Virus record (IMG/VR): IMGVR_UViG_3300035520_000885 | Location: 1 to 64,000 of that record | DNA: 64,000 nt | Origin: a virus | Taxonomy: Duplodnaviria; Caudoviricetes | Strand: one strand, 5' to 3' | In this document: positions 1 to 10,325 of the stretch, piece by piece | How positions within the stretch are numbered: position 1 is the stretch's first letter | How the letters are laid out: the number at the start of each line of letters is the position of its first letter | Notes under the pieces: generated by a model | Told to the model about the DNA's origin: nothing | Seen by the model: the letters and a program-made list of their open reading frames with translations, nothing else | Databases searched by the model: none | Program-made: the position numbers and the translations under genes

Positions 1-1407
1 GGTTCTGCTCCTACGGTTAAGACTGATGCTCAGGCTCAGCAAGACCAGCAGACTGTCCAGAAGAATGATGCCGCGAATGCTAATAAGGCCGACAATCAAC
101 AGAATGGTCAGCAAAACAATCAGAATATGAATGGTACCAAGGAGTCCGTTGGACTCATTGAGAAGTTCAAGAAGTGGGTTGCTGATATTCTGCAGAAGTT
201 CTCTGACAATAGTCTGCGGCTGATTGGTAAGAATAAGAAATTCTTAGAGGGTTGTAAAGAGACCATCGAGAATCTCGATACTACCAATACGTCCATCACT
301 ATGGCTCCTTATAGAGGATTGACTTCTGCTACTCTTACCACGGAGATTGAGGGTGCGATTACTAGAGTTAAGTCTATTGATTCTAAGAATCCCCCGGCTT
401 CCATTAAGAGTAAGCAAACTACTCAAGTCGGTCAGTATCTGTTCAAGAACGTCCCCGCTAGTATCAATGGTACTAAGGGATTCGATGAGCGGGTTCGTCA
501 TTTCTATGTGTTCGGTACTGCTCCTGCTAATACCCTGACCACCTATACGGGTGACGATGCAAAAAAGAAACTTCAGGATATTTATGCATTTGTGACAGGC
601 TATGAGCAGATGGTAGACAGCGTGAAAAAGAAATTCACTGAGTTGGAAGAAGCTGCCGCTGCTAAGCAGCAGGAGATTTCTGCCAACAAGTCTACCCAGG
701 ATACCAATGCTCCTCAGAATAACAACAGTGGTGAGGAAAAGACTTCTGAGTCTAGCGTTCTGTTGACTCCTTGCCGTCAGTGGATGGCCGGTATTCTCAC
801 TTCTCTTGAGAAGGAATATCTGGACAGTATCCGTATTCTGAAAGCTCTGACTCCCCGTACCAATCAGAAGAACGAGGAAGAGAATAAGAATAACGAGAAT
901 GCCAACAACGAGCAGAATACGAATGAGGCAACGCTTGAAGAGTTAGTTGATTCTTTGTGGGAAGAGAGTGTGTTTGATAAGCCAGAGATTAAGTTCAAAC
1001 ATGCAGATTTGAAGAAAGCTTATGTGGGTGAATACTATTGTTGGCTTGCCGATAAAACTACTGTCGATGGTAGAGCTAATAGTATTTCTAAGGCTATGAG
1101 TGGAATCTTTAAGAAAGGGCCGACGGAGTTTTTAACTCTGACCACAGATGAATTCAATCGTGAACTTTCCCTGACTTCCGATGGTGGGGCATATGATTCT
1201 GGAGATATCTTCATTCTGTATCCTACGAGTGGGAGTAAAGATACGATTGTGAAGACTAAGGAGAAGACCGGTGCTCGTTACTTCTATGATGTTGTGGATA
1301 ATTGCGTTCGTCATGAGATGCGCAGTAACCGCAACTATAGCCCCAAAGATTACATTGATTTGAAGAGAATCAATGAAGTGAAAAAATCTATGGGATTGAA
1401 GAAATGA
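1..1407 (+). CDS. Putative virion/internal head protein, 5'-truncated
   Basis: Frame 1 is open from base 1 through the 127..1407 ORF. It has Q/N-rich linkers and a 'LIEKFKKWVADILQKF' helix resembling the paralogs at 26.5-30.2 kb. Confidence 0.45.
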   Translation, partial: GSAPTVKTDAQAQQDQQTVQKNDAANANKADNQQNGQQNNQNMNGTKESVGLIEKFKKWVADILQKFSDNSLRLIGKNKKFLEGCKETIENLDTTNTSITMAPYRGLTSATLTTEIEGAITRVKSIDSKNPPASIKSKQTTQVGQYLFKNVPASINGTKGFDERVRHFYVFGTAPANTLTTYTGDDAKKKLQDIYAFVTGYEQMVDSVKKKFTELEEAAAAKQQEISANKSTQDTNAPQNNNSGEEKTSESSVLLTPCRQWMAGILTSLEKEYLDSIRILKALTPRTNQKNEEENKNNENANNEQNTNEATLEELVDSLWEESVFDKPEIKFKHADLKKAYVGEYYCWLADKTTVDGRANSISKAMSGIFKKGPTEFLTLTTDEFNRELSLTSDGGAYDSGDIFILYPTSGSKDTIVKTKEKTGARYFYDVVDNCVRHEMRSNRNYSPKDYIDLKRINEVKKSMGLKK

Positions 1408-1542
1408 GTGCCCCAAAACTGAACATCGTATTAAAGCAGATTGAAAAATCTGTTGGCCCGCAAGCCAAACCACCAACATACGCGTCTACTTCCGAAGAGA
1501 TAGTTTCAATCGAGACCGTCCCTACTTCGGGAGAGGATATAA

Positions 1543-1578
1543 AAGAAGAGAGTAAGCGAAAACTTACTCTCTTCTTTT
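1543..1578. terminator. Bidirectional intrinsic terminator
   Basis: Inverted repeat aagaagagagtaag / cttactctcttctt with A/T tails, between convergent genes. Confidence 0.75.
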
Positions 1579-2854
1579 AGCCCACTTTTTTAAAGGTGAG
1601 CGTTGCAGTTACTTTGTATTCTGCTGGACTACCAGTGAAGTAGTATAGAGCAGTACCGAGACGGTAACTTCCTTTGTATTTGGAGTTAAGGTCGGCATTC
1701 TCGAATACGAATGTGAAATTCTTATTCGGATTGAATGCTTCCAATTTCACATTATCCAAATTCAATGTGACAGTGGTTGCATTTGCAGACATTTGGGTAG
1801 CATAGACGTCACCCATATACTGGTTGGAGTAGTTGTTAAAGACGATATTCTTATTGGCATCTCCAACCGTCTTTGCATTCTTAGCAGTGGCAGTGGAAGT
1901 GGAGCTTCCCGCCATATCAATTACAGTAGCATTGACACCGGTCAACACATTAGTTGATACAGTGTTACTTGCAATAGTCAAACCTTCTGTAGTAGCATTA
2001 TAGTAATACTTTTCTTCATCAGGCTTCTGGATTGCTGCAGATAAAAAAGAAAGATGATTACTCTTTTCGAGAATCATAATGATTGTGTCTTTCCACTCTT
2101 TCTTATACCATGCAGTACATCCTGCTTTGTAATTGATAAAATATGAGTGAAGTAATCCGAAATAAACGATAGTTCCATTCTTATGAAAACCGAAGTTATT
2201 ATTCAGATACCGAATCTGCTTATCAATTGACTGAGGAGGAAGAACCAATGTACCATAGTTCTTTGTATTCTCAAAGGGAGACATAAGAACCTTGTTAATT
2301 CCTGCCTTATATAGAAGATACGTGACAGCCGTCGTCAGATTCACACTGGTAAGAACCGTATTGAACGACTGACGGAGGCCAGTCACATAAGATTCCTTAA
2401 ATAGGAATAATTCTACACCATTTAGAAGCTGGTCGAGTTCGTTTTCATCGTTCTCAGTACCGGCTTCTTTTTTCTGGTCAATGTCATAGTCATCGTTGTC
2501 ATCATCAGGAAAGAAAACGAATGTGTCATTGATGACATCCGTAAGCATGGATGCTTTCTGAAGAGGGTCATCATTTTGAATATAGAAAGATTGCAATCTC
2601 AGTTTAAACTTCACTTTTGATTTGTTCTTAATCAGTTTATAGTAGCGAGACGCTTCCATAATACAAGTGAGTTTAAAGATTGGGAAAGTCGCTTCCTCAA
2701 AGTAATGCTCAATCTTGAAATCAGAAACTTGCTCAATGGGAAATTCTTCACTCTCTCCATCTATGATGACATAAAGTTCAGAGAGAACGTACTTATACGT
2801 CAAAAACTTATCTTTCTCAAGATCAATTAGTTTTGTCTCTGCCATTAAAGTCAC
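1577..2854 (-). CDS. Hypothetical protein, possibly virion structural
   Basis: 425-aa ORF co-oriented with its upstream neighbour; no recognisable catalytic motif. Confidence 0.5.
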   Translation of the reverse strand: MTLMAETKLIDLEKDKFLTYKYVLSELYVIIDGESEEFPIEQVSDFKIEHYFEEATFPIFKLTCIMEASRYYKLIKNKSKVKFKLRLQSFYIQNDDPLQKASMLTDVINDTFVFFPDDDNDDYDIDQKKEAGTENDENELDQLLNGVELFLFKESYVTGLRQSFNTVLTSVNLTTAVTYLLYKAGINKVLMSPFENTKNYGTLVLPPQSIDKQIRYLNNNFGFHKNGTIVYFGLLHSYFINYKAGCTAWYKKEWKDTIIMILEKSNHLSFLSAAIQKPDEEKYYYNATTEGLTIASNTVSTNVLTGVNATVIDMAGSSTSTATAKNAKTVGDANKNIVFNNYSNQYMGDVYATQMSANATTVTLNLDNVKLEAFNPNKNFTFVFENADLNSKYKGSYRLGTALYYFTGSPAEYKVTATLTFKKVG

Positions 2855-2858
2855 CTTC

Positions 2859-3959
2859 TTAACAGGTTAATTCTTCTAGCATTAAGGGATAATCCCTATA
2901 ATCCTTACGGTTGAGTTCCAGTAAGGAATTGTAATCGAATCTATCAACACACTGATTCTTGATATCAAACAATGCTTTTGAATCTAGTGCATTAAACTGT
3001 TTTTCAATACTCACACAGTTGAAATTCGTAATAATGTCATGAGCATCAACTGGGAGACTCTGCTCAATCATTTCAATTGAGCTAGTTCCTTCTGTGAGTT
3101 TTCCTTCTTCGATTGCACTCTGAAGACTTTTCGCAATGGTTTTGCAACCAACTCCCTTGATAGGTTCGATGCTTCTGGTCTTATCACCCAATGCAGACAT
3201 CAGGGTAGTGTAATAAGAAGGATTTTTGAAGATACTGTAATCCTGAACCTCGGCATTTGTCTCTTTAAATAAGTCCGCAAGATACTTATCGAAAGAGCAA
3301 AAAATCGCGCTCCCTAGTGGAGAGCGTTTAATATAATGCGTGCAGAAGTTTTTAGGACAGGCCTGGTATTGAGTCTCATATCTATCAGAAGTAATTACAA
3401 AATTCTTTCTGGTAGGGTCATTCGATGCAATAATCCAAGGGATCAGAGAACCCTCGATATTAGTTGCTTTAATGAAATACACATTTGGAATGAATTCCAT
3501 GATAGTCTGAACTCTAGGGATGATTCTATCTACCAGTGTATCTCCAAGCAATTGGAATCTTGGGTTGTTCATGTACTTATTTGTGTAGAAACTACGATAT
3601 TCATCGTTGAATCTATAGTTTGCAAATTCAGAAGAAGATAAATCCGTATAGTATAGATATACCTTCGTGTCTAAACCATTTCCACGGAAAAACTTCTTAT
3701 AATGAGCGCAGAGATTTACCATCTCTGCCTCTAGGATAATCGGAAAAGCTCGCTCTAAGAGCAATTTGTTTCCTATATCTTTTACCATACTCAAATTATT
3801 GAGCACAGATTCAAAGTTGATAAAGACATTTACCTTGTCAGTCGGGGTAAGGAATTGGAGTCCTTCGATGCTTCGGTCATAGTCCATATACCTAATTTTC
3901 ATCATTGTGAAACACACGGTAAATGGATTGCTCATTCCGTATTTGTCATACGCTGCCAT
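2859..3959 (-). CDS. 5'-3' exonuclease/FEN-like protein, possibly degenerate
   Basis: H3TH-like motif 'ALGDKTRSIEPIKGVGCKT' and 'ITSDRYETQ' segment; several acidic positions appear substituted. Confidence 0.55.
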   Translation of the reverse strand: MAAYDKYGMSNPFTVCFTMMKIRYMDYDRSIEGLQFLTPTDKVNVFINFESVLNNLSMVKDIGNKLLLERAFPIILEAEMVNLCAHYKKFFRGNGLDTKVYLYYTDLSSSEFANYRFNDEYRSFYTNKYMNNPRFQLLGDTLVDRIIPRVQTIMEFIPNVYFIKATNIEGSLIPWIIASNDPTRKNFVITSDRYETQYQACPKNFCTHYIKRSPLGSAIFCSFDKYLADLFKETNAEVQDYSIFKNPSYYTTLMSALGDKTRSIEPIKGVGCKTIAKSLQSAIEEGKLTEGTSSIEMIEQSLPVDAHDIITNFNCVSIEKQFNALDSKALFDIKNQCVDRFDYNSLLELNRKDYRDYPLMLEELTC

Positions 3960-4066
3960 GTGATCCCTTCTTTCAGCCCATATGATGTTTTAACGAATAG
4001 TTGGCAAAAAAGAAAAAATATGGATGGGGAACCTAAATAGGAACCCCATCCATATCTCATGGATTT

Positions 4067-4783
4067 TTAATCCTTGACATTCGTACGACCAGAAATCATT
4101 CCGGTGATCTGCTTGTACAGATCGTTCTCATCAGGATCGAACTTCTTGGTAGTCCGAACCCGATTGATGCTGTACTTGTAGTTACCAGTCCGGTCGATTT
4201 CAGTCCAACCCTGAATGTCGACAGTGAAACGTTCACGATCGAAGCTGGGATCGATGAGCATGTCATGGAACAGAGCGATAGGATCAATGGCCATGATCAC
4301 CTGGCTGTTCCGATTCTTGTTATACTTCTGCAGACGGGGAGACGCAAACATCTTCAGGGTGTGAATGGAAGAAGTCTTCAACTTCAGAGCATTCCGGAAC
4401 TGTGCACGGAACATGGAGTTGATATCCTCTTTCGTATAGCCATACGACTTCAGCAGGTCATACAGAGGCTTGTGGAGCTGAGGTGTTCCATCGGTCTTAG
4501 TGGGGCTGAAGATGGAAGGTTCATCATTGTTACCCCGATGACTGTTGATCAGAACGCTGGTCGGCATCATCAGAATCATCGGAGCAAACTTCTCCGACAT
4601 CTTTGCAGACCGCAGACGAATAGTGATGTCCGGAATATTGTTGTTACCGGACTTCTGACGAGCAACTTTCAGCTGATGATTGATACGCTGCTGCAGGAAT
4701 TGCTCAGCCTGCTCAGTGGTGATCTCGTAGAACACCTGATTTTGTGCGGGAACCAGGCCCGCTCTTGTCTTAAACTCTTCCAT
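4067..4783 (-). CDS. Hypothetical protein
   Basis: AAGGAGG RBS before ATG at 4783; hairpin terminator at about 4019-4054. Confidence 0.6.
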   Translation of the reverse strand: MEEFKTRAGLVPAQNQVFYEITTEQAEQFLQQRINHQLKVARQKSGNNNIPDITIRLRSAKMSEKFAPMILMMPTSVLINSHRGNNDEPSIFSPTKTDGTPQLHKPLYDLLKSYGYTKEDINSMFRAQFRNALKLKTSSIHTLKMFASPRLQKYNKNRNSQVIMAIDPIALFHDMLIDPSFDRERFTVDIQGWTEIDRTGNYKYSINRVRTTKKFDPDENDLYKQITGMISGRTNVKD

Positions 4784-4938
4784 GAGTAAGACCTCCTTCA
4801 ATGATAGAAAAATAGATTTATAAAAAGGGCACGGTTCATAACCATTTACCCAATTTACCTTATTGTGCTCTTGAATATGATATATAATGCTGTTTGGAAA
4901 TCCAAGAGCTTAAATTTATGTATGGAGTATATTCTTTT

Positions 4939-5802
4939 TTAATATAGGTCATTGGCTTTCGTCACATACTCATTCATGAGCGTCACAACTTTTCCTGCCC
5001 ACGTGTCGGTTTCACAATATGTAGGATTAATGCCTTCCGGAGTCATAGTAACTCCATAAGTATCCCTATATTTAATCATCAGTTTCCCGAAGTATTGAAT
5101 ACAACTCTCTTTACTCTTAAACGTGCAGTTGATTAGACCGAAGAGATTATTCTTCGTCGTTGCTAATGTAGATGTTCCACGTCCACTTTCTAATGCAGCT
5201 ACCGCTAAAGTATAAAACGCATTTACACCATAGGTTTCTTCGATTTCATCTATAGCACTTCCCAATCCTTCCAATCCACTGCCAGATACTAGACCATTAA
5301 TTTGGTCTGCATCTAATCCTGAGTCACTGATTATGATAGATGAGGTAGAGAACGCCTCATGATAATAGTCATACTGGGCATCTTCAACAACCTCGGTCGG
5401 ATCCTCTTCGATTACTTCTGGTTCTGGGTCGGATTCGACGGCCATCTCATATTCATCATCGGTGGGAGTTTCGATTCCATTGTCTTCTACTACCTCAGGT
5501 TCTGAACTCATTTCTGGTAAGCTGTCAAAGAAGTCAACATCAAGAGGTTGCCTTGAAACCAAATAATCAAAGCTAATAGAATCATTTGAAGATGATTCCA
5601 CACCACGTGTCGTGTTTGTTGTTGCCGCTCTCGCGGCGTCCACAGTCGAACTCATTGATTTTGTAATGCTAGGGATAGTAATTAGAATTGCCAAAATGAA
5701 AAACATGCAAATCCACATGACGGTGAAGGCCATGTCAATCGCGCTCGGTCGTTTTGTACTCTGGCGGTTGCCATTGCTTAAGTGCTTAGGCTGATACTTC
5801 AT
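4939..5802 (-). CDS. Membrane-anchored peptidoglycan glucosaminidase (GH73-like)
   Basis: N-terminal hydrophobic helix, acidic linker, C-terminal 'LAVAALESGRG...KNNLFGL...Y..D..W..KV' motifs. Confidence 0.75.
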   Translation of the reverse strand: MKYQPKHLSNGNRQSTKRPSAIDMAFTVMWICMFFILAILITIPSITKSMSSTVDAARAATTNTTRGVESSSNDSISFDYLVSRQPLDVDFFDSLPEMSSEPEVVEDNGIETPTDDEYEMAVESDPEPEVIEEDPTEVVEDAQYDYYHEAFSTSSIIISDSGLDADQINGLVSGSGLEGLGSAIDEIEETYGVNAFYTLAVAALESGRGTSTLATTKNNLFGLINCTFKSKESCIQYFGKLMIKYRDTYGVTMTPEGINPTYCETDTWAGKVVTLMNEYVTKANDLY

Positions 5803-5993
5803 TATCTTTGTCCTTCCTTCCTGGATACTGTTTTGCTTGCGGTGTTAAGAATATGGCAAATAGGTATTCTAAACACACAGCTTTCACCTAGGATATAATA
5901 TATATCCTAAAGAAACGGGATAAAGCTAACTGGGCCCTTGCCTATATATAAAAAATAGAGACCTCATGGGAAACATCCATAAGGTCTCTATGA

Positions 5994-7262
5994 TTAGATT
6001 GTGGAATTATATTTGTAGTAGTGGGCAGTCGTTTCGTCTAACTGAATAATCTTACGGTTTCCACCGGAATCTTCAGTAGTCGTACAAATCCCATATACAC
6101 TATTGCGGAGCATGAAGAACTTGAATAGCACATAGACATCATTTTTGTAAGTGCAGATATATTTGATTGTCTTTGTCATCTCATCACAGGCAGTCCCAAT
6201 TTGGATATCTGGATTGTGTACTAGATGACCGTAGTCATTGTCTGTGATAGCAAATGTGAATCCAATGTCAGCGAGATTATCATCAAGATACTCTCGAATC
6301 GTATCCTTATTCAAGAGACGAATACCTCTAGTGACTTCATCTATATTATCCAGGAAGGGGGTCCCCTTCTTAAATACATAGATGGTACCATCGTGCTCAT
6401 ATACAGTCTTGGAAATCTCAATTCCAATATTGGGAGAAGTGGTATCTTTTGCAAGACTTTCCAATCTCTCAGGATATACAAATCTTCCCATGACATCTGT
6501 GGATTTCTCCCCGTCATGGATAAATTTCTCCACGTTAGACTTTACAGTCTCGATGAGCTCATCATCCACTTTGTGATATTGGAGGTCCCACTCATAACGG
6601 GATAAGAGATCATACTTGTAGAATCCATCAATGATTCCGATCTCATTCATATAGGTATAGATAAGAACTGCCAAATCATGGGCATCTGCATAACTCCTGC
6701 AGTGCTCAATTGCTTGACAGATGGCAGTATTCAAAATCCAGATTTGGCTGTATTTCTCATCGGTCAGACCGAGCAAATCAACCAATTGCATATAGGTATA
6801 GAAATCGTATACCTTTGCTTTGTAATCCATAATTACTGTATTGATGATATGAGCGACTGCTTCTCGTTCCTCATAGCTATCGCAGTAGCTAATCAGTTTT
6901 ATAATTCCAAGCTCTACCTGAATCATCGTATCATAATCGTATGCCTCTGAATCCAGGAGAGAGACCAAATAGCGTCTCATCAATGTGAGAACCATCGGCA
7001 TCCGTTCAATTTCCTCTCTTGCAATGCAATATTCAGATTGAATAGATGCTGTGTGTGGGTTATCGTTGGTAGGTACTTTGGGCAGATACTTTGTGAAAGT
7101 AGAATATGGATGTAACTGTGATACATTCTGGTTGAATGCCTCAGGACGACCGATATTCATTTTCACATACTTATTCAAGACAGATGGCATTCCTTCAACG
7201 TAGTCGATGACAAAATGCCTAGATTCTTGTGGAATCTTTTCAATCAATTTTTGAATGTCCAT
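5994..7262 (-). CDS. Hypothetical protein
   Basis: 422-aa ORF with GGAGAGG RBS and a downstream hairpin terminator at about 5957-5990. Confidence 0.6.
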   Translation of the reverse strand: MDIQKLIEKIPQESRHFVIDYVEGMPSVLNKYVKMNIGRPEAFNQNVSQLHPYSTFTKYLPKVPTNDNPHTASIQSEYCIAREEIERMPMVLTLMRRYLVSLLDSEAYDYDTMIQVELGIIKLISYCDSYEEREAVAHIINTVIMDYKAKVYDFYTYMQLVDLLGLTDEKYSQIWILNTAICQAIEHCRSYADAHDLAVLIYTYMNEIGIIDGFYKYDLLSRYEWDLQYHKVDDELIETVKSNVEKFIHDGEKSTDVMGRFVYPERLESLAKDTTSPNIGIEISKTVYEHDGTIYVFKKGTPFLDNIDEVTRGIRLLNKDTIREYLDDNLADIGFTFAITDNDYGHLVHNPDIQIGTACDEMTKTIKYICTYKNDVYVLFKFFMLRNSVYGICTTTEDSGGNRKIIQLDETTAHYYKYNSTI

Positions 7263-7280
7263 ATTTCCTATCCCCTCTCC

Positions 7281-8054
7281 TTAATTCATAAAGATGGGTT
7301 TCTCAACCCCTTTAGCAAAGTATTCTTTTGCCAGAGCCAGATAAGTGAAGAATTTTCTATGTTCCTTATTGATGATTTTCAGGTAATTGAAGTTTTTGTT
7401 GTTAGACTTCATCACTTCGTCTTTCAGTTGCTCCTTCACTTTATCCACTGCTTGAATCTTCGGATGCATATTTGCATTATCTCCTCCATCCTTAATCTCA
7501 ATTTCAAGATTGAGAGATGGGATGAAAAAGTCGGGGATATAAAACTTCTTCTCGCCTTCATACTCATAATAATAGGTATGGGGAGAAGGAGCCATGACAT
7601 CCTCAGGATCGAAATCCATGATTAAATCTAAAAATTCCAGGAAAGCGTGCTCATAAGACCCAGTATACGTGGTTTTATGAACTCTATCTGACCATGTATA
7701 CTCTCCGCTAATATGTCGATTAGCAAGCATTTTCTTTTGCTGCTCAGGGTCATCTAGAAGATTAATCTTCCCGTATTTACCAATCATACGGTTCTTAAAC
7801 GTCTCTCTGTACTTCTCCTTGCATTTAGGATTCGTGCAGAAACGATTGTATTTCAGAGTCTTATTATTCCAAGTAGTGGGTTTCTTGCAGATAACGCAAT
7901 GGCCCTCTTTTTTTCCTGTCTTTAGGAAATAGTAGAATTCACCAGGACTCATTCCATCAGGAATCATATCCGGGTGCTTGGACTCTAAATGAGAGATGTA
8001 TTGTGCAGGTTCATCGAACCTTCTCTCACAATACCTACATTTCATAACAACCAT
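7281..8054 (-). CDS. Zinc-finger plus PD-(D/E)xK nuclease (TnsA/T4 gp4 head-completion-like)
   Basis: C2H2 finger 'CRYC...HLESKH', further CxxC pairs and 'YIPDFF...EIEIKD'. AGGAGG RBS places the start at 8054. Confidence 0.6.
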   Translation of the reverse strand: MVVMKCRYCERRFDEPAQYISHLESKHPDMIPDGMSPGEFYYFLKTGKKEGHCVICKKPTTWNNKTLKYNRFCTNPKCKEKYRETFKNRMIGKYGKINLLDDPEQQKKMLANRHISGEYTWSDRVHKTTYTGSYEHAFLEFLDLIMDFDPEDVMAPSPHTYYYEYEGEKKFYIPDFFIPSLNLEIEIKDGGDNANMHPKIQAVDKVKEQLKDEVMKSNNKNFNYLKIINKEHRKFFTYLALAKEYFAKGVEKPIFMN

Positions 8055-8177
8055 AATTGGCCCTCCTATTCTAAGTATAGGATTTCTCTTCATTAAACTA
8101 ATGTTTTTCGGCCCATGGTATATTAAATTAAAATAAATACACTTGTTTAAAGTTAATACTTAAGGTAGGTGAGGAGT

Positions 8178-8588
8178 ATGGCAGGAATTGAACCTAGTTT
8201 TGGGACGAATGCTTTCAATGAGGCAAGTTACAAGAATGAAACCGAAACCGTGGCAAATGCAATTTTGGCACTGTTATTTGGTAAACCCGGATACTTCCCC
8301 TCAATGCCAAACCTAGGATTGGATATTCAGAGAACGCTGTATATGTTCTGGGATGAAATTGATGCTGAAGTCATCAAAGCGCAGATTATCGCTCAATGCA
8401 AATCGTTCAAGCAATATGTGGATGATGGTTCCTTAGATGTCATTAAGACATACTACAAAAAAGAACCATTATTGCTCATTGTGATTCCAGTACAGATTCA
8501 AGATAGTACGGAGTCACTTGCAATTGGCGTTTCCAAGGATGGAAATGGTGGAATAACCTATAACTACGTCTACGCACAGACAACATAA
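8178..8588 (+). CDS. Baseplate wedge protein, gp25-like
   Basis: 'ILALLFGKPGYFPSMPNLG' matches the gp25 pattern (I..IL.T.PGER...P.FG); size fits; GAGGAG RBS. Confidence 0.65.
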   Translation: MAGIEPSFGTNAFNEASYKNETETVANAILALLFGKPGYFPSMPNLGLDIQRTLYMFWDEIDAEVIKAQIIAQCKSFKQYVDDGSLDVIKTYYKKEPLLLIVIPVQIQDSTESLAIGVSKDGNGGITYNYVYAQTT

Positions 8589-8609
8589 AAAAGAAAGGAA
8601 TGGTAGAAT

Positions 8610-10325
8610 ATGGCTATGAATGAAAATGAGAATGCATCTATTAACCCCGAGTCTTTTGGAGGGAATGTAAGCCGAGATACGGAAATGAATATCACTGACC
8701 TGTTGAGAACCAGCAAGCCTTCCGCTGAGACTGACGAGGCCGTCGGTCCTGGCCCTGATTTCAATGCAAATGAAGAGGCTAGTGCTCAGCCCGAAGAGCA
8801 TAAGAGCGCTCTCCAGAGATTTAAGGAGGAGCGCGAAAAGAATGGTGGTGGTGGCTTAATTGTCAATACTGCCGAAATGGAAGAGAAGAATAAAGAGAAA
8901 GAGCTCAAGAATCGTGCCATGGATGACGCTTCTACTGAAGCTGATGAGTACATGGGTGAGATGGATGAGATGATTAAAGCTGCACAGAATGTGAAGCTTG
9001 CTCATCCTCCTCAGAACGCCAGTGAGATGGTTGCTGTCATGGAGAATCTGAGCGATGTTTCCAAGGGTCAGGCTATGCGTGTTGATGCTGGCCAGAAACC
9101 CATGCTCGTTGCTAAGGACGAGAATGAGAAGCTGGAGACTGCTGAGGATGCTCCTGTAGAATCTGAAGAGGATACCACGGAGCCTACTCCTACGATTAGC
9201 CCTGAGAAGCAGCAACTTGTCAATATTCTGATTGATAAGACTGGTATGGGCTATGATTGGAAGTTCAGTGAAGAAGAGCAAGCTAAGATGGTTTCTGCTG
9301 CTGAAGTTCGTGTAACTGAGGTTGAGGAAGTTGACTTGGCTACCATCACTGTCAAGAAGGCTGAGAAGTCTTTCATTGACACTGTGACTGAGTTCCAGAC
9401 TGGCATGTCCAAGGTTCCTGTTATCTTCCCCGCTTCTCGTTTCCGTGCATATATGACCGGTCTCTCCTATGGTGAGATGGGTGATATCGCAAATAACAAT
9501 GAGAACATCACCTTTGACCAGGTGAAGAAGAAGCTGACCGTCATTTACAACAAGATGGTGAATCCTTCTTGTGGTAAGTTTGAGAACTTTGAGGATTTCC
9601 TGCGGAAGTTTGCTTATGTGGATATTGACCTGGCAGTATACGCCCTGGTCGTTGCCACCTTCCCGGAGGTTGACGACATTACTCTTACCTGTAACAATCC
9701 TACTTGTAAGAAGTCTTTCAACCATCGGTATTCTCCTCGTTCTCTCATCCGCTTCGAGTCTTCCAGTGAGCATATGCTGAAGAAGATGAATGACGTTATT
9801 AACTGCAGTGAGGCCGACTTCGCTAAGTTGATGGAGGAGTCTCCCACGCAGAATCATAAGCGTTATCGTCTCAATCAGTCTGGATACATCATCGAGGTTG
9901 GTATTGCTTCTGCGTATGACTGGTTGTATACCATGATGGATAACCTGATTGGTAGCAAGTTTGAGGACGAGCATCCCGACGATGTAAATGGTATCCTGCA
10001 GATTAACGCTGCTTTACTTGGCCTGATTCGCACTGTGTTTGTTCCCGATCCGAATGAACCTGGTTCTTATATTCAGTACGATGAGTTTGAGGATATGATT
10101 CAGGCTCTCTATAGCATTAAGCCTGAAGAGATTTCTATCCTGTCTTCTATTCTCGAGAAGTACAATTCTGGTTATCGTGTCGTCTTTGAGCTTCAGAATA
10201 TCAAGTGCCCCCATTGTGGACATCTGACGAAGCGTATTCCCGTTGACATCAATGATCTGATTTTTTTCAAGTATCAGCGTCTGATGAGTACCTCGATCGA
10301 CGTAAACAACGTTTTCGTTGTATAA
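8610..10325 (+). CDS. Tail/baseplate assembly chaperone-like protein, short form
   Basis: Follows the gp25-like gene; 'LTCNNPTC' and 'IKCPHCG' Zn motifs; slippery site near the 3' end. Confidence 0.55.
   Translation: MAMNENENASINPESFGGNVSRDTEMNITDLLRTSKPSAETDEAVGPGPDFNANEEASAQPEEHKSALQRFKEEREKNGGGGLIVNTAEMEEKNKEKELKNRAMDDASTEADEYMGEMDEMIKAAQNVKLAHPPQNASEMVAVMENLSDVSKGQAMRVDAGQKPMLVAKDENEKLETAEDAPVESEEDTTEPTPTISPEKQQLVNILIDKTGMGYDWKFSEEEQAKMVSAAEVRVTEVEEVDLATITVKKAEKSFIDTVTEFQTGMSKVPVIFPASRFRAYMTGLSYGEMGDIANNNENITFDQVKKKLTVIYNKMVNPSCGKFENFEDFLRKFAYVDIDLAVYALVVATFPEVDDITLTCNNPTCKKSFNHRYSPRSLIRFESSSEHMLKKMNDVINCSEADFAKLMEESPTQNHKRYRLNQSGYIIEVGIASAYDWLYTMMDNLIGSKFEDEHPDDVNGILQINAALLGLIRTVFVPDPNEPGSYIQYDEFEDMIQALYSIKPEEISILSSILEKYNSGYRVVFELQNIKCPHCGHLTKRIPVDINDLIFFKYQRLMSTSIDVNNVFVV

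Noticed and set aside
8856-9974. 372-aa antisense ORF
   Set aside because: Shadow of the chaperone-like gene on the + strand; no RBS and unnatural composition.
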